From Camelus dromedarius (Eukaryota): a stretch of DNA of 64,000 bases. The notes beneath the pieces were generated by a model that saw only the letters and a list, made by a program, of their open reading frames with translations, was not told where the DNA came from and made no database searches. The stretch lies in NCBI RefSeq assembly GCF_036321535.1, contig NC_087437.1:83950001-84014000 (forward strand), given 5' to 3'. Of the stretch, positions 38,030 to 51,000 are shown piece by piece; the stretch's first letter is position 1, and each line of letters opens with the position of its first letter. A program made the position numbers and the translations under genes.

Positions 38030-41000
38030 TTATGTGGTATGCAACTAAAGCAGTGATAAGGGGACAATTTATAGCACCAAAGTATTTACATTAGAAATGA
38101 GTAAAGGTTTCAAACCAATAGTCTAAGTTTCACCCTCAGGGAACTATAAAAGAAGAACAACAAAACACCAAAGCATGCAAAAGGAAGTAAGATAAGTACA
38201 AAAATCAGTTAAATTGAAAATAGAAAAACAATAGAGAAAATCACTTAAGCAAAAATCCAGTTCTTTGAAAAAAGGCAATAAAATTAGAAAATCAACAAAG
38301 TAGAAGAAATTTATGAATTTCTCAAAAACCACAAATTACCAAAACTCAGCCAAGAAGCAACAGACAATCTGAATGCTCTTTAATCATTACAAGGGTTGAA
38401 CTAATAATTTAAAATTTCTCTAAGAATTGTCCAGGCCCAGATGGTTTCACTAGGGAATTCCACTAAAAACTAAATAACTAACAACAATTTTACACAGAGA
38501 CTTCAGAAGACCTCTTCTTCCAGAAGAGGAAAAAACACTTCCCCGTTCATCTTATTAAGCCAGGATTATCCTAATACCAAAACCAGACAAAAAAAAAAAA
38601 AAAACTCTCATGAACTTAAATGCAAAAATCCTCAGTATAGTATTAGCAAAATGAATTTAGCAATGCACTAAGAGAATCATACATCATGACAAAGTGAGAT
38701 TTAGCCAATATATATATGACTATTTTTTTAATATTTGAAAATCAATGTATAACCCAATACATCAATAAGCTAACGAATGAAAATTTTATGATGAATTGAC
38801 ATAGAAAAAACATTTGACAAAACCCAATACCCATTCATGATAAAAATGCTCAGCAAGATAAGAATAGAGGGGAATTACCCAATTTTTTAAAAGAGCATCT
38901 ATAAAAACATACAGATAATATCACACTTAATCGTGAAAAACTAATGCTCTCTCCCCAAGGTGAAAAACAGGCAAAATGTCTGCTCTTACCACTCTTACTC
39001 AACATAGTACTAGAAATTCTAGTCACTGCAATAAAGCAACAAAAAGAGACAACAGGCATTCAGAGTGCAAATGAAGAAACAGAACTAACTCTGGTTGTAG
39101 ATGACATGATTGTCTACGTAAAAAATTCTTAATGAACATACAAAAAACCTCTCTTGTAAGTAATAACTAAGTCAAGACTGCAGCAAACAAAATCAACACA
39201 TTAAAACCAACTGCATATCTACATACTAACAATGAATGTGTGGAAACAGAAATTAAGAACTCAATGCTACTTATAATTGTTCCAAATAAAAAGAAATGCT
39301 TATATATATTCTTAAAATACATATACAGGATCTGTATGTCAAAATTACAGAATGTTGGGGAAAAAAATCAAAGACCTAAATAAATGGAGAGATACACTCT
39401 GTTTATGGACTGGAAGACTCAACATGGTAAAGACATCAATACTTCCCAAATTGGTGTACAGGATTAATGCAATCTCTATCAAAATTCCAGCAAACTTTTT
39501 TGTAGACAAAGACAAGCTTATTTGAAAATTCAAAGGTACAGACCTCAGAATATCTAAAACCGTCTCAACAAAGACTAATAAAGAAGGAGAAATATTCAAC
39601 CTGACATAAGGCTTACTCTGTAGCTATAGTAATCAAGACAGTGTGGTGTTGGATAAAATGTAGCCATATAAATCAATGACTCAGAATGGAGAATCCAGAA
39701 ATAGTCCACTCAAATGTGCTCAGGTGATTTTTGACAAAAGTTCAAAAGCAATCATTCAGTGGAAGAAATATATATAGTCTTTCAATAAATGACACTGAAA
39801 CAAGTAGACTTCCAAAGGCCAAAAAAAAGAACCTCAACAAAAGCCCCGACTCAAAGTGAATTACAAACAGTGTAAGTGAAAATTTACTTAAGTGTAAAAT
39901 ACAAAATTTTTTAGGAAAAAAGCACAGGAGAAAATATTTAGGATCTAGTAGTTGGTAATGAATTCTCAGACTTTATATACCAAAGCATGATCCAGAAAAG
40001 GAAAGCTGATAAATTAGAACTCAACAAAATTTAAAACTTTTGCTTTATAAAAGCCCATGTCCTGAGGATGAAAAGACAAGCTACAAACTGGCAGAAAATA
40101 TTTGCAAATTACATATCTGACAAAGGAGTAGTATTTAGAATATATAAAGAACTCTCAAAATTCACCAGCAAAAAAATCAATTAGTTAAATTAGAAAACAT
40201 AATAAGGATATGAAAAGACATTTCACCAGAAAGGATACATGGATGGCAAATAGGCACATGAAATAATGTCCAACATCATTAGCCTTTAGGGGAATGCAAA
40301 TTAAAACCACAAGGAGATATAGCTACACACGTAATGTAAAGGCTAAAATAAAAAATAATGATGACATCAAATGCAAGAAAGCAGAGAAACTGGGTCATCC
40401 ATATCTTGCCTGCTAGAATGCAAAATGGCCCAGGCACTCTGGAAATCAGTTTGGCAGTTTCTTATATACTTAAGCATCCAATTATGGTAGGGTTCAGCAA
40501 TCTCACTCTGGGCATTTATGCCAGAGGAAGGAAAACTTATCTTCACATAAAAACCTGTACATGAATGTATATTGTCATTTTATCTGTAAGAACAAAAAAT
40601 GGCACCATCCAAGATATACTTCCACAGATGAATAGTTACATAAACTGAGAAACATAAATACCATGAAATACTACTCAACAATAAAAAGGAATATAGTATT
40701 GATACAACTAAGATGAATCTCCAGGAGGAATTATGCTGAATGAAAAAAGCTGGTCTCAAAAAGGTTACATACTGTATAATTCCATTTACATAATATTTTT
40801 TAAATGATAAAATTTTAGAAATGGAAGAGAAATTAATATTTGTCAGAGGAGAAGGGATGGAGGAAGGTGAGGGTGATTATAAAAAGACAACACAAGGGAT
40901 TCTTGTGGTATTAGTATTTTTCAGTATCTTGGTACCCAAACCTACACAGGTGATAAAATTTTATAGACCGAACACACACCCACACTCACACATACACACT

Positions 41001-41217
41001 CCAAATGAGAATAAATAAAAGTGAAGAAAGCTGAAGAAAGTTGCTGGATTATATGAATGTCAATATCCTGGCTGTGATACTATACTGTAGTTATGCAAAA
41101 TGTTCCACTAAGTAGGAAACCAGATAAAGTACATATGGAGCATACAAGGACCTCACTGTATTAGTCCTACAACTGCATGGGAATCTACAACCATTTTAAT
41201 AAAAATATCAGTTAAAG
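38030..41217 (+). mobile_element. Old L1 (L1MC-type), ORF2 remnant through 3' end, about 3.2 kb
   Basis: 'ccaggcccagatggtttcact'; RT motif 'LLPLLLNIVLEIL...VDDMIVY' (ORF 38944-39132); 3' end 'ctacaactgcatgggaatctacaa...aataaaaat'. Many stops and indels. Confidence 0.92.
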
Positions 41218-42734
41218 ATATAGACCAAGACTACTCTTCTCAGTAAACATTTCTTTTGTTTTAGACAATACAGCTATGCTCTATAAAAATGTTATTTATG
41301 TTAACATGTAATGATCTTACTGTTATTAAATGGACTAATAAATGGACAAAATAAACTTGGAAATCCCCTTAACCACCACTTACTTTCTTCTCTGTTTACA
41401 CTAAGGCATACTGCATATAAATTGTAAAGTAGTTCATGTATGTTTTCATTTTCACTTCATGTTCACAAAACAAAAGGAAAACATCTTATTAGAAACAGAA
41501 TCTTTACTGATATGGATATGTGCAAAGTAAACCTAGAAATGCATTTCACATAAGGTAATGGCCAAATTATTTTTAGGAAGATATAAAAGAATTGCACTTA
41601 ATATACAAACTTACAGTTAGTAAATATAAAATAGAGGTGGGTTGGTTGCATCACAAAGTGTTTTTTTTTTTTATATTTTATAGTGTAATTTACTGCTTAT
41701 CATTTTTATCTGTAAATTTTCCTTGTTCATTCAAAATGTAGCTGAATTTAAAAGTGACAATAATAAGCCTTTCTAGGCTCAACCTTCTTCCTAAAACAAA
41801 GTCTGATAGCCTCGATGGCAAGAGCGTTACTTGCAGTACTTGGAAGACTGAGCTCTCCACTTGGCACGGAGAAGCTGCTGTGTAATAGGGAAATTACTAC
41901 TATAAGTTCTTGTTTGAATTCATAAAACTTTGATATACAACACTGTGCTAAGGAGTATCAGTGGATTACGCAGTTTTAATGCATATAAAGACATTTCTCA
42001 CATTTAATTCCAGAGGATCTGCAGTGAGGCAAATCATATTTCTTAGAATTTTCATCAGATTTCCAGTGCTTTCTTCTACAATTACAGCAGTTCAACAGTT
42101 TGTCTAAAATTATTTTGTCCTTTGCTGTGATAAAGGTTTTTGCTGTTTCATGATGTGTACTTCAAATTTCTACTAATACCATTTGCTTGACTAAAGACTA
42201 AAAACCTGAAGCTTTTGTAAAGAGCCTATATTTCTGCCTTAAGTTGTAAAAGTTTAAGCTTCTTCAGTTCTAAGTGGTTTCTAAGGGAGTATCCTTAATT
42301 CACATTTCCTCAGAAATGGGTTGTGGGCACTTAAATCTCTGCAGATGGGGTTATTTTCACATTTTGGTCAGATCATTTTCCTGATTAATTCTTTTCCTCC
42401 TTGCTTTATCAGTACTAAGCTAGCTAGAAACATTTATTCAGAGGAAAATTGTAAGATTTATATTGTTTAACATGATATGCTGAAAGTAAGAAAAAAGGGT
42501 GGCTGAGTTATACTGTCATAACTAGAGTACTCTAAATATTGTATACAATTCTGCAAAAAGCAACTGGCAGCAGTTTCTTTTCCCTATCTGTATATTAAAT
42601 AAAACTCAGTCATTGGACACAGTTATAACTGAAGGAAATTCCATGTGAATATTTCTAGATTACAAATGTCTATGAATTGATTTTTTTTCAATTATTGTAC
42701 CATCTAGAATTCTCTAAGAGGGACAAATTATTTT

Positions 42735-44231
42735 TTTATTGGTGTTATTACATTTAATATCTTATCCCCTTATCACATCAGCCTTTTATTTTTTTTTAAA
42801 CATTTTTTTATTGAGTAATAGTCATTTTACAATGTTGTCAAATTCTAGTGTAGAGCACAATTTTTCAGTTATATATGAACATATATATATTCATTGTCAC
42901 ATTTTTTTTTCACTATGAGCTACCAGAAGATCTTGTTTATATTTCCGTGTGCTATACAGTATAATCTTGTTTACCTATTCTGCATTTTAAAATTCCAGTC
43001 TGTCCCTTCCCACCCCCCTCCCCCTTGGCAACCACAAGTTTGTATTCTATGTCTATGAGTCTGTTTCTGTTTTGTATTTATGTTTTGTTTTGTTCTGTTT
43101 TTAGATTCCTCATATGAGCGACCTCATATGGTATTTTTCTTTCTCTTTCTGGCTTACTTCACTTAGAATGACATTCTCCAGGAACACCCATGTTGCCACA
43201 AATGGCATTATGTTGTCGGTTTTTATGGCTGAATAGTATTTCATCGTATAAATATACCACATCTTCTTTACTCAGTCATCTGTTGATGGACATTTAAGCT
43301 GTTTCCATGTCTTGGCTATTGTAAATAGTGCTGCTATGAACACTGGGGTGCAGGTGTCTTTTTGAAGTAGGGTTCCTTCTGGATTTACGCCCAGGAGTGA
43401 GATTCCTGGGTCATATGGTATGTCTATTCCTAGTCTTTTGAGGAATCTCCATACTGTTTTCCACAATGATTTTCCTTGCTTCTCTCTCCCACTCTTAATG
43501 ATTTAGATGTCTTCTTTTATAATTTTGTGTTTATTCTTTTTGCAATTCATGGCAGTTATCTCCTTTCCAGTTATGAGTTTCTCATTTTTGTAGCATCCTG
43601 CTTCTTTTCTATTTAGATTAGATCTGTCAATATTTCTTTCAGCATGGGTTTAGTGTTGTTAAACTCTTTGAGTTTTTGCTTGTCTGTGAAGTTCTTTACC
43701 TCTCCTTCTATTCTAAAGGATAGCCTTGCTGGATAGAGTATCCTAGGCTGCATCTTTTTTTCATTCAGGACTTTGAATATACCTTGCCACTCCCTTCTGG
43801 CCTGTAGTGTTTGTGTAGAGAAATCAGCTGAGAGCCTTATGGAAGTTTCCTTGTAACTCACTCTTTGCTTTTCTCTTGCTGCCTTTAGGATCATTTCTTT
43901 ATCTTTGACTCTAGCCATCTTGATTATAATATGTCTTGGTGTGGGTCTGTTTTGGGTCTTCCTGTTTGGGACCCTCTGAGCCTCCTGTACTTAGATATCT
44001 GATTCCTTTAGGTTTGGGAAGTTTTCAGTCATGATTTCTTCCAATACCTTTTCAATCCCCTTTGTTCTTTCTTCCCCTTCTGGAACCCCTATTATGCATA
44101 GATTGGCATGCTTTATATTATCCCATAGGTCCCTTATATTGTTTTCATTGTTTTTTATTTGTTTTTCTTTCAGCTGTTCTGATTGGATGCCTTCTGTTGT
44201 CCTGTCTTCTAGGTCACTTATTTGTTCCTCT
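42735..44231 (-). mobile_element. Young lineage-specific L1, 5'-truncated, lacking most of ORF2, with apparent 3' transduction
   Basis: ORF1 peptides 'NIRDLWDNIKHANLCIIGVPEGEE' and 'IRLSADFSTQTLQARREW...QPRILYPARLSF'; ORF2 tail 'WKTVWRFLKRLGIDIPYDPGISLLG'; TSD gacaaattatttt at 42722-42734 and 44232-44244. Confidence 0.93.
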
Positions 44232-44714
44232 GACAAATTATTTTGAATATAGTGTCTCTCGGGTAAAATAACTTTCAGTAATTCTGTATTTGCTCAGACT
44301 AGTAACCACTTTTCTCATACAGTATAATATACGTGCAATATATATTATATTTTATACACATTTCTATCAAACTGTTTGAATCGTTCATATTTCAGTTATT
44401 CTTATTTCCTGAATTATTCTGTAGTAATGAAAAATGCTTTGCAACTTAAAACAACATAAAGTTTTTAATATGCAGAGTTAAGAAAACATTTCTGGAAGCC
44501 TAAAACTTCAGTTAAATATGATAGGATAATGAAATATTTATAGTTGTTAGATTAACAGACAAAATTGCATTTAAGTTAAATAGGCATAGGCATAGATCAC
44601 AGGAATCCAAATTTGAAATTATCTTTAAATTATAAGGAAAAGTATTTGTAATAAGTCAAAAACGATCAGAAGCTAAAGGAACAAGGCTGATGAGCTCCAA
44701 CACGACCCATGCTA

Positions 44715-45300
44715 AATATTATGTGCCAGCTACGGTTTTATGTGCTTTTCATGGATGAAATGTACCCTCCACCACCCATGCATATGTTGAAGTCCTAAGT
44801 CCCAGCATCTCAGAATTGACTGTATTTGGAAATAGGGTCTTTAAAGAGGTGATTATGTTAAAATAGGGCCTTTAGGGTGGGTCCTAATCCAATTTGACTG
44901 GTATCCTTGAAAGAAGAGGAAATTTGAACACACTGAGATACAACAAGGATGTCCAACCACAGAGGAAAAACCTTGTGAAGATACAGCCAGAAGGTAGCCT
45001 ATGCAGCCAAGAAGAGGCGTCAGAAGAAACCAAACCTGCTGACACCTTCTTCTTGGACTCCCAGGATCCAGGACTGTGAGAAATAAATTTCTGTCAGTAA
45101 AGCCACCCAGTGTGGGGTACTTTGTTATAAAACAACTGGTAAACAAATATAAAAAATTAACACAATTATTCCTCATACAGTCTCTATATCATTATGCCTA
45201 TTTTAAACGAAGAAATGAAAGAGTTGTTAAGTGACTTGCCCCAAATCATACAGCAGTGAGTATAAAAGCCTAGAATTACACCCAACCAGCCTGGTTTGAG
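44715..45300 (-). mobile_element. MIR SINE split by MLT1
   Basis: 'ttatgtgccagctacggttttatgtgcttt' before and 'ttattcctcatac...cattatgcctattttaaac...ttaagtgacttgccccaaatcatacagc' after the LTR. Confidence 0.65.
44747..45150 (+). mobile_element. MaLR solo LTR (MLT1B-like)
   Basis: 'catatgttgaagtcctaa...gtatttggaaatagggtctttaaagaggtgatta...gtgggtcctaatccaat...aaccaaacctgctgacacctt...tgtgagaaataaatttctg'. Confidence 0.9.
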
Positions 45301-45374
45301 TGTTAACATGGTTAATCATGATGAATACCACTCAGCACGAGCCGATTAGGTTAGAAACAACTGCAAAGTTAAAA

Positions 45375-45720
45375 TCCATCCGTTCATATTTATCTATTAT
45401 TAAACATTTACTGAACGTGTATATGCAAAAGACACATTTACACATCAGTGTAAATCCATCCTATATTTTTCCTCAGAAAACTTAGAAACTGGTAGCAGAG
45501 GAAAAAAAGAACATGCATAAAGGAACAAATTAGAAGAAAGAATAAAATATGTTCCTAAGCCGTGAAAAATGACTTGGGGTATTCAGAGGAAGAAGTATCC
45601 CTTTGATCTGGGAGGTTTAGAAAAGTCTTGGAAATGGAGGTGGCATATGAGTGGTCCCTCAAAATATCTGTAGAGTCAGAATCTGTGAGGATGGGAGACA
45701 TAGCATCTACACGAGCACAG
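45375..45720 (-). mobile_element. L2 3' remnant
   Basis: 'ttaaacatttactgaacgtgtatatgcaaaagaca...gggaggtttagaaaagtcttggaaatggaggtggcatatgag'. Confidence 0.55.
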
Positions 45721-47833
45721 AGGGAGGAAGCAGTAAAGGGAAAAAGCGGCAGACTGGAAAACAAGGGTGGAGGGATGCAGCGGAACTGGATTAAAAATGC
45801 TGAGGAGCTCGTGAAGCTTTCTGCTGGCTATGAAGGATCACTCAACCAACAGAACCTGCATTTTCTCTTTTTAAATCTAAAAAGCCGCTTCAGTTCCTAG
45901 ACTAAGCAAGTAAGAAGCGACTTCAGAATTACATTCCCATCAGTATCCTTCTCTCTGATAATTTTAAGAATAATTTTCAGTTGCTACCCTGTTTCTCAGT
46001 TCTATTTCAGCTTTTTATATTTCCACTAAAATATTGCCAGCTGTAATCTCTCCTGTGCTTTGAAACAGTATTTCTTTCTCCCTATGGTACTACTGGGAGA
46101 GATATTTTCTTTTCTCTTCAATTTTATTCTGCTTAAAGTCAATAAATACTATTTATATTTTGTAATTTTATCAAACCTCTTCTTAAAGTATTTTTTATAT
46201 GTGGATTTGCATATAGAATTAAATACAAGCTTTGGAGGACAGATTTCTAGAACTTTCTCTTCCACAGAGTACAAAAGATTTTAAATATTTCACAAGGTCC
46301 ATTGATATAGTGGGTTTTTTTGGAAGTTCCCTGATTTGGAAACACATCTGGTACTGATTTATATAAACATGACCATTTGACACACTTAACTAAGCCAATG
46401 AGTTTTTTCATCACAATACTCCCTCATTCTCACTTATATATACTTTATTCCCAATTTAACTCACATCAGCTCACTAATAAGTGTTTTAACTACATATTTT
46501 TCCTTTTATATATGAATATACCTTTCTCCTACCCTTCTTTCATCAGAATAAAATTTCTCTCAAAAAGTTAATAAACTTAATAAATGTTTTCCTTATAAAT
46601 TTATAGTCAGTTACACTTCAGAATTTTTGTAGATTTTATAAACTTATTTTATCATTCAAACTCTTTTTATAGGGCATATATCTTGTCAGAGGCATTCTCA
46701 GTTGCATGATCAAACACTTAGAAAATCTATAGTGGCTAGAGTATTTTGTTCAAATTTATATATGCAGTTCTTGAAAGCTTTTTTAAAAAACTACAAGGGA
46801 AGATGATACCCTGAGGGGTCTAATTTTCTTTGTCATCCACCTGAATAACTTCAATTAACATTAATACAAATGCTAGCATAGGAGCATCTGCTTTGAATAT
46901 GTAAAAGAAAGTAATAAATGCTAGGGTTGAAAGAAAAATCTGATTAGTTAAATAATACACTGAGCAATGTCATTATGTAGGCCAGCTCTCATTAGGAGAA
47001 TTGTTCTTCACAGAATCAAATACCGTAATTAAAACATTAAAGACTCAAAAAAAATCTTAGTTTTTCCATTCAGTTTAAAGGAAAAAAAAATGCCACTAAA
47101 AATGTAATTGCATTTCAGTACAGTGACTTGGTTTTACATCATTGCAAATACTTAGAATTCAAGAATCATATAGAATAAATCCCAATGTATTTTTTAGCAT
47201 AACGTCTCTTCCAGTAATTTTTTGGCCAATAGAAAAATGTTGCATTAATAAATGAAATATAGTCATGTTATAATGCTTTCTTTCCTTTTAAATCAATTAT
47301 TACTGCTTTGATAGCAATTGGTTGAGAACATGAAACCCAGATAATAGTTTCTTATTTGCTGTGGAAAGCAATGTCACTTTGAGAATAGTGGGTAACTTCA
47401 AAAGGTCACTTTGTGTGTACTGTCATTTTCATTAACAGTACTTTTCTCTGCAAATCTGCTGACAGATGGAGAGATACTTGAAGCTTCTGGATATGCTGTC
47501 CATAAACAGGAAATGTTATAAGAATGGCCAAGTGGAATTTACTTTTATTTGTATTTTGTTTTAACTTTAGCTAATAATAAAAATTTTTTAATATATTTTA
47601 AATTCAAGGATCTTAAAAAGAAATAATCAAACAAAATAATATTTTGCCTACTTCAGCATTAATTTTTATAAAATTTTAGCTAGCTAATGGTATTTTATTG
47701 AATGTGTATATGGATTATCTCAGTTTCAGGTTGCTTTTTTTTAGAAAAGAAAACTGTAGTGTAAGGAGGTCAAGTTTTTCTTCATTAGCAAATGGAATTA
47801 CAAGGTTAAATTTTCACAGGTAGAACCTTGAAA

Positions 47834-48005
47834 CAGAGCTGGCCCATGGCATGCAATATATTCAGTAACATGGGGTCCAAAGCTTAGAATGGACGACTTG
47901 TGCTTAGTTTAACGTTTGCTGCTGTTGAAATTCTTAATAATTCTGAACAAAGAACTCCGCATTTTTGTTTTGTACTGAGCCCTGAAAATTATGTAGCTTG
48001 TTCTG
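47834..48005 (+). mobile_element. hAT-Tip100 MITE MER91A
   Basis: 'cagagctggc...ttgaaattcttaataattctgaacaaag...cgcatttttgttttgtactgagccctgaaaattatgtagcttgttctg'; 8-bp TSD ccttgaaa (47826-47833) / cctggaaa (48006-48013). Confidence 0.85.
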
Positions 48006-51000
48006 CCTGGAAATATGATTTTTACATGCTGTTGGCTGGGCTGAAACTAGTCTAGAGTAACACAAATAATTTGTTGACTCTTCTTCCAATTTTTTTACTA
48101 ATAAAAGTCAGTCTATTTACACATAAATTATTCACTGTTCAATTGAAGTCTTCAGTTTATTTTTTAACACACTGCAAATGTCATTTTTAAAAAGTGAGTC
48201 AAGCAAAAGAGAGACATATTTTCAGGTGATATTTTAGTCACAGACACCATTCAGGGTCTTTAAAACATTGTTTATCTCCCATTGGATTGGGGCAAGACAG
48301 CATGAAGAATCTAGCTTGAAAATTTGGATAAGACAAAATATTTATATGATAAAAACTGAACAAAGATAATGATTTTTTGACTATATCATGAACGAATAAT
48401 ATTTGGAAATGTACTAGAGCCCCCATTACCTTCCCAACAAACAGAAACTGTATTGAGTTAACAACTCACACTCCAGAAAGCCCTCAAATTAAGAATATTC
48501 ACGGGCTTAGTGTTTTCAAGTCTAGTTAGGGAATTATTGACATCTAATATCCAAAGTGACAATCCAATTCACTTCTCAGGAGGGAAAAAAAAAAAGAATC
48601 ATCTGGAAACCTCTGGAAAAATAAGTGTGGTAACCTGATGCTGAATCATTTCAACATTGATGAATCTAGCCTACTGCTTCTAATAGATAAGTCGTAAACC
48701 ATTTCTAAGATTGCTCTACCCAAACAATAAAAGCACACCCTGAAACCTGACATTTCCACAGTGATGCATGCTAGATGAAATCATATGAAATGTCAAAATA
48801 AAGACAGAAAAAAATCAATAGTTTTGCAGATGAAGCTATGTAAGGTCAATAGTTTCAAAATGTTTGTGACAGCCATCCATGTCTTTTTGTGTGACAATAT
48901 TTTTTAATGTGCAATAACTCCAAAGCAGCGAAAATTAATTTTTGAGATGGAATTACCTTTTGACAAGGATATAATTAAATTCATACGTTTTCCCCTTGAG
49001 AACACAGAATGATGTGGTAAATAAACTGCCCCTTCAAGGTCAGAATTATGTTTGGTTTCGAAGCCCAGGAAAAGTGAAGCATCCCTTGGGTCCAAAGGAA
49101 CGTCATCTCTCTTTCTTTCCCAATTTTTAGCTATTAGTAGGCAGAATCACAGATGGTGCTGGGTCCTCTTCCAAATTTCTCACAAACATATGTACATGGG
49201 ACGGGGAGGGGTAATGCAGTTTAAGAGGAATACAAGTTTTGGGTAAGGAGATCCTTTTCTCTGTGTCTTTGAAAGAGGAAGGCAGGGAGTGATAACATGT
49301 TTCTCTCCAGCCATGATTTTGCCCATTGTGCATCTCATGGAAAAGATTCAAACTTTTACTCCACTCGAGAGAATACTGAATAGACTGGCCAGCAGAAGAT
49401 TAGTAAGTTAACATATCTCAGATACAACATTGTATTTCCTCATTATTTGCCTTCTATTTTGTAAAAGTAAGTTAAGGTTTTATGACACAGAAAGGAAAAA
49501 CTACAAGGATAACTTCTTTATTACTTAAAATGTATCTGTTTGTATCATAGCAGGATGTCACAGAGTATAGAAATCATTAAAAATGCCTCATTCTAAGTTG
49601 ATTTGGAGACTTGGTTCACTAACAAAATGTATTGTGTTACGCTAAATATTTCTGTTCTCTGGTCTGAAATAAGAAGCTTTTATTTCCTGAGAGTGTGTAG
49701 TTAAGATTATAATCCCACGCCAAATTTGAAACAAAATATTGATGATAAAGAAGCAAAAATAGAAAAGGAAAGGGGCCGTGGGGGGAACTAATTTTTTATT
49801 CTTGATTTTAGAGAAAGTTTTTAAAATGAAATGTTGTGAAAATGGATTGATGTTCCGTAGTCAGCACAAGTTTTCAAATAACTAACTGCTTGTTCGAATA
49901 TCTAAACCACCCTTAAAATCATGACATAACTAGTGGCATCATACTTTGTATCTACCGTTTTAAAGGTTTAAATTGTCTCATTAATTTTACCTAACAGAAG
50001 GTAGTTTGCCTTTAGGCTGACTTAGGATATAAAAATACTTTATATAATATTAAGAAAAAATTATAGCCTGTATATATATATAACTATTTTCCTGTTTGAA
50101 AGAGTGAAGAGTAGGTACCTTTTTTTATTCCACTTTTATCAGAAAAAAAGTGTCATGGAAATGCTGAAAGGGTCTAGAATACTGAAGTGATTAAATAATT
50201 ATATTAGAAGTTATTTCTAAAATTTTATAATTAAAAAATTAAAAATTTTAATATAAAGTTGTCTTTTAACTGAAGTTTTAATGTGAAGATGGAATTAAGA
50301 GACAGTCTCATTTTTTCACAGAGAATGCAACTAGATGAGTGGTTTTAAACTGAAGCAAAACGTTGGAAAAATTATACATGAAGACATCTCTGTAATGATA
50401 AAAGTACAACTGATATTGTGAAATAACTTCTTCTAAATATAAAGGAATAGACTAATATCAACTTTTGATCATTTAGTTTGGCCAGTATGAAGTCATATAA
50501 CTTATTAATATCCTTTTCCTATTTCTTATTTTAGAAAAACAAATTCAATTATTGGAAAATTGCTCATTTTTTACATATAAATAACTACCGCAAAGAGCTT
50601 ATATAAATAGAAGGACTCACTTCATTTGCTTACTTGAAAGAAATCACTTCAGTTATTAAAACATTTAGTGATAGTTTATCAAATTTTTATAGAAAGTCGG
50701 TTTTGTTGGATAACTTTAATCAAAGCCATCTGTTGACTGTGATATTTATATAATACCATAGACACCTCACATCCTTGGTCATCAATCCAATTAAGAAATA
50801 CTGAATAAACTCAGGTTGTTAAGGAGGACGTGAGAAATCCAGACTCTGCTTTTTATATCATTCCTATCAGGCTGCAACATAATTTGTTATTTCACGCAGT
50901 ATGGTAAAGTAAGCTAGGAACTAAAACATATTTATTATGTTTGCAAGATAGCAATTATAAGACATCTTAACAGTAAGTTGCCTGAGAAGAGAAGCCAGAA

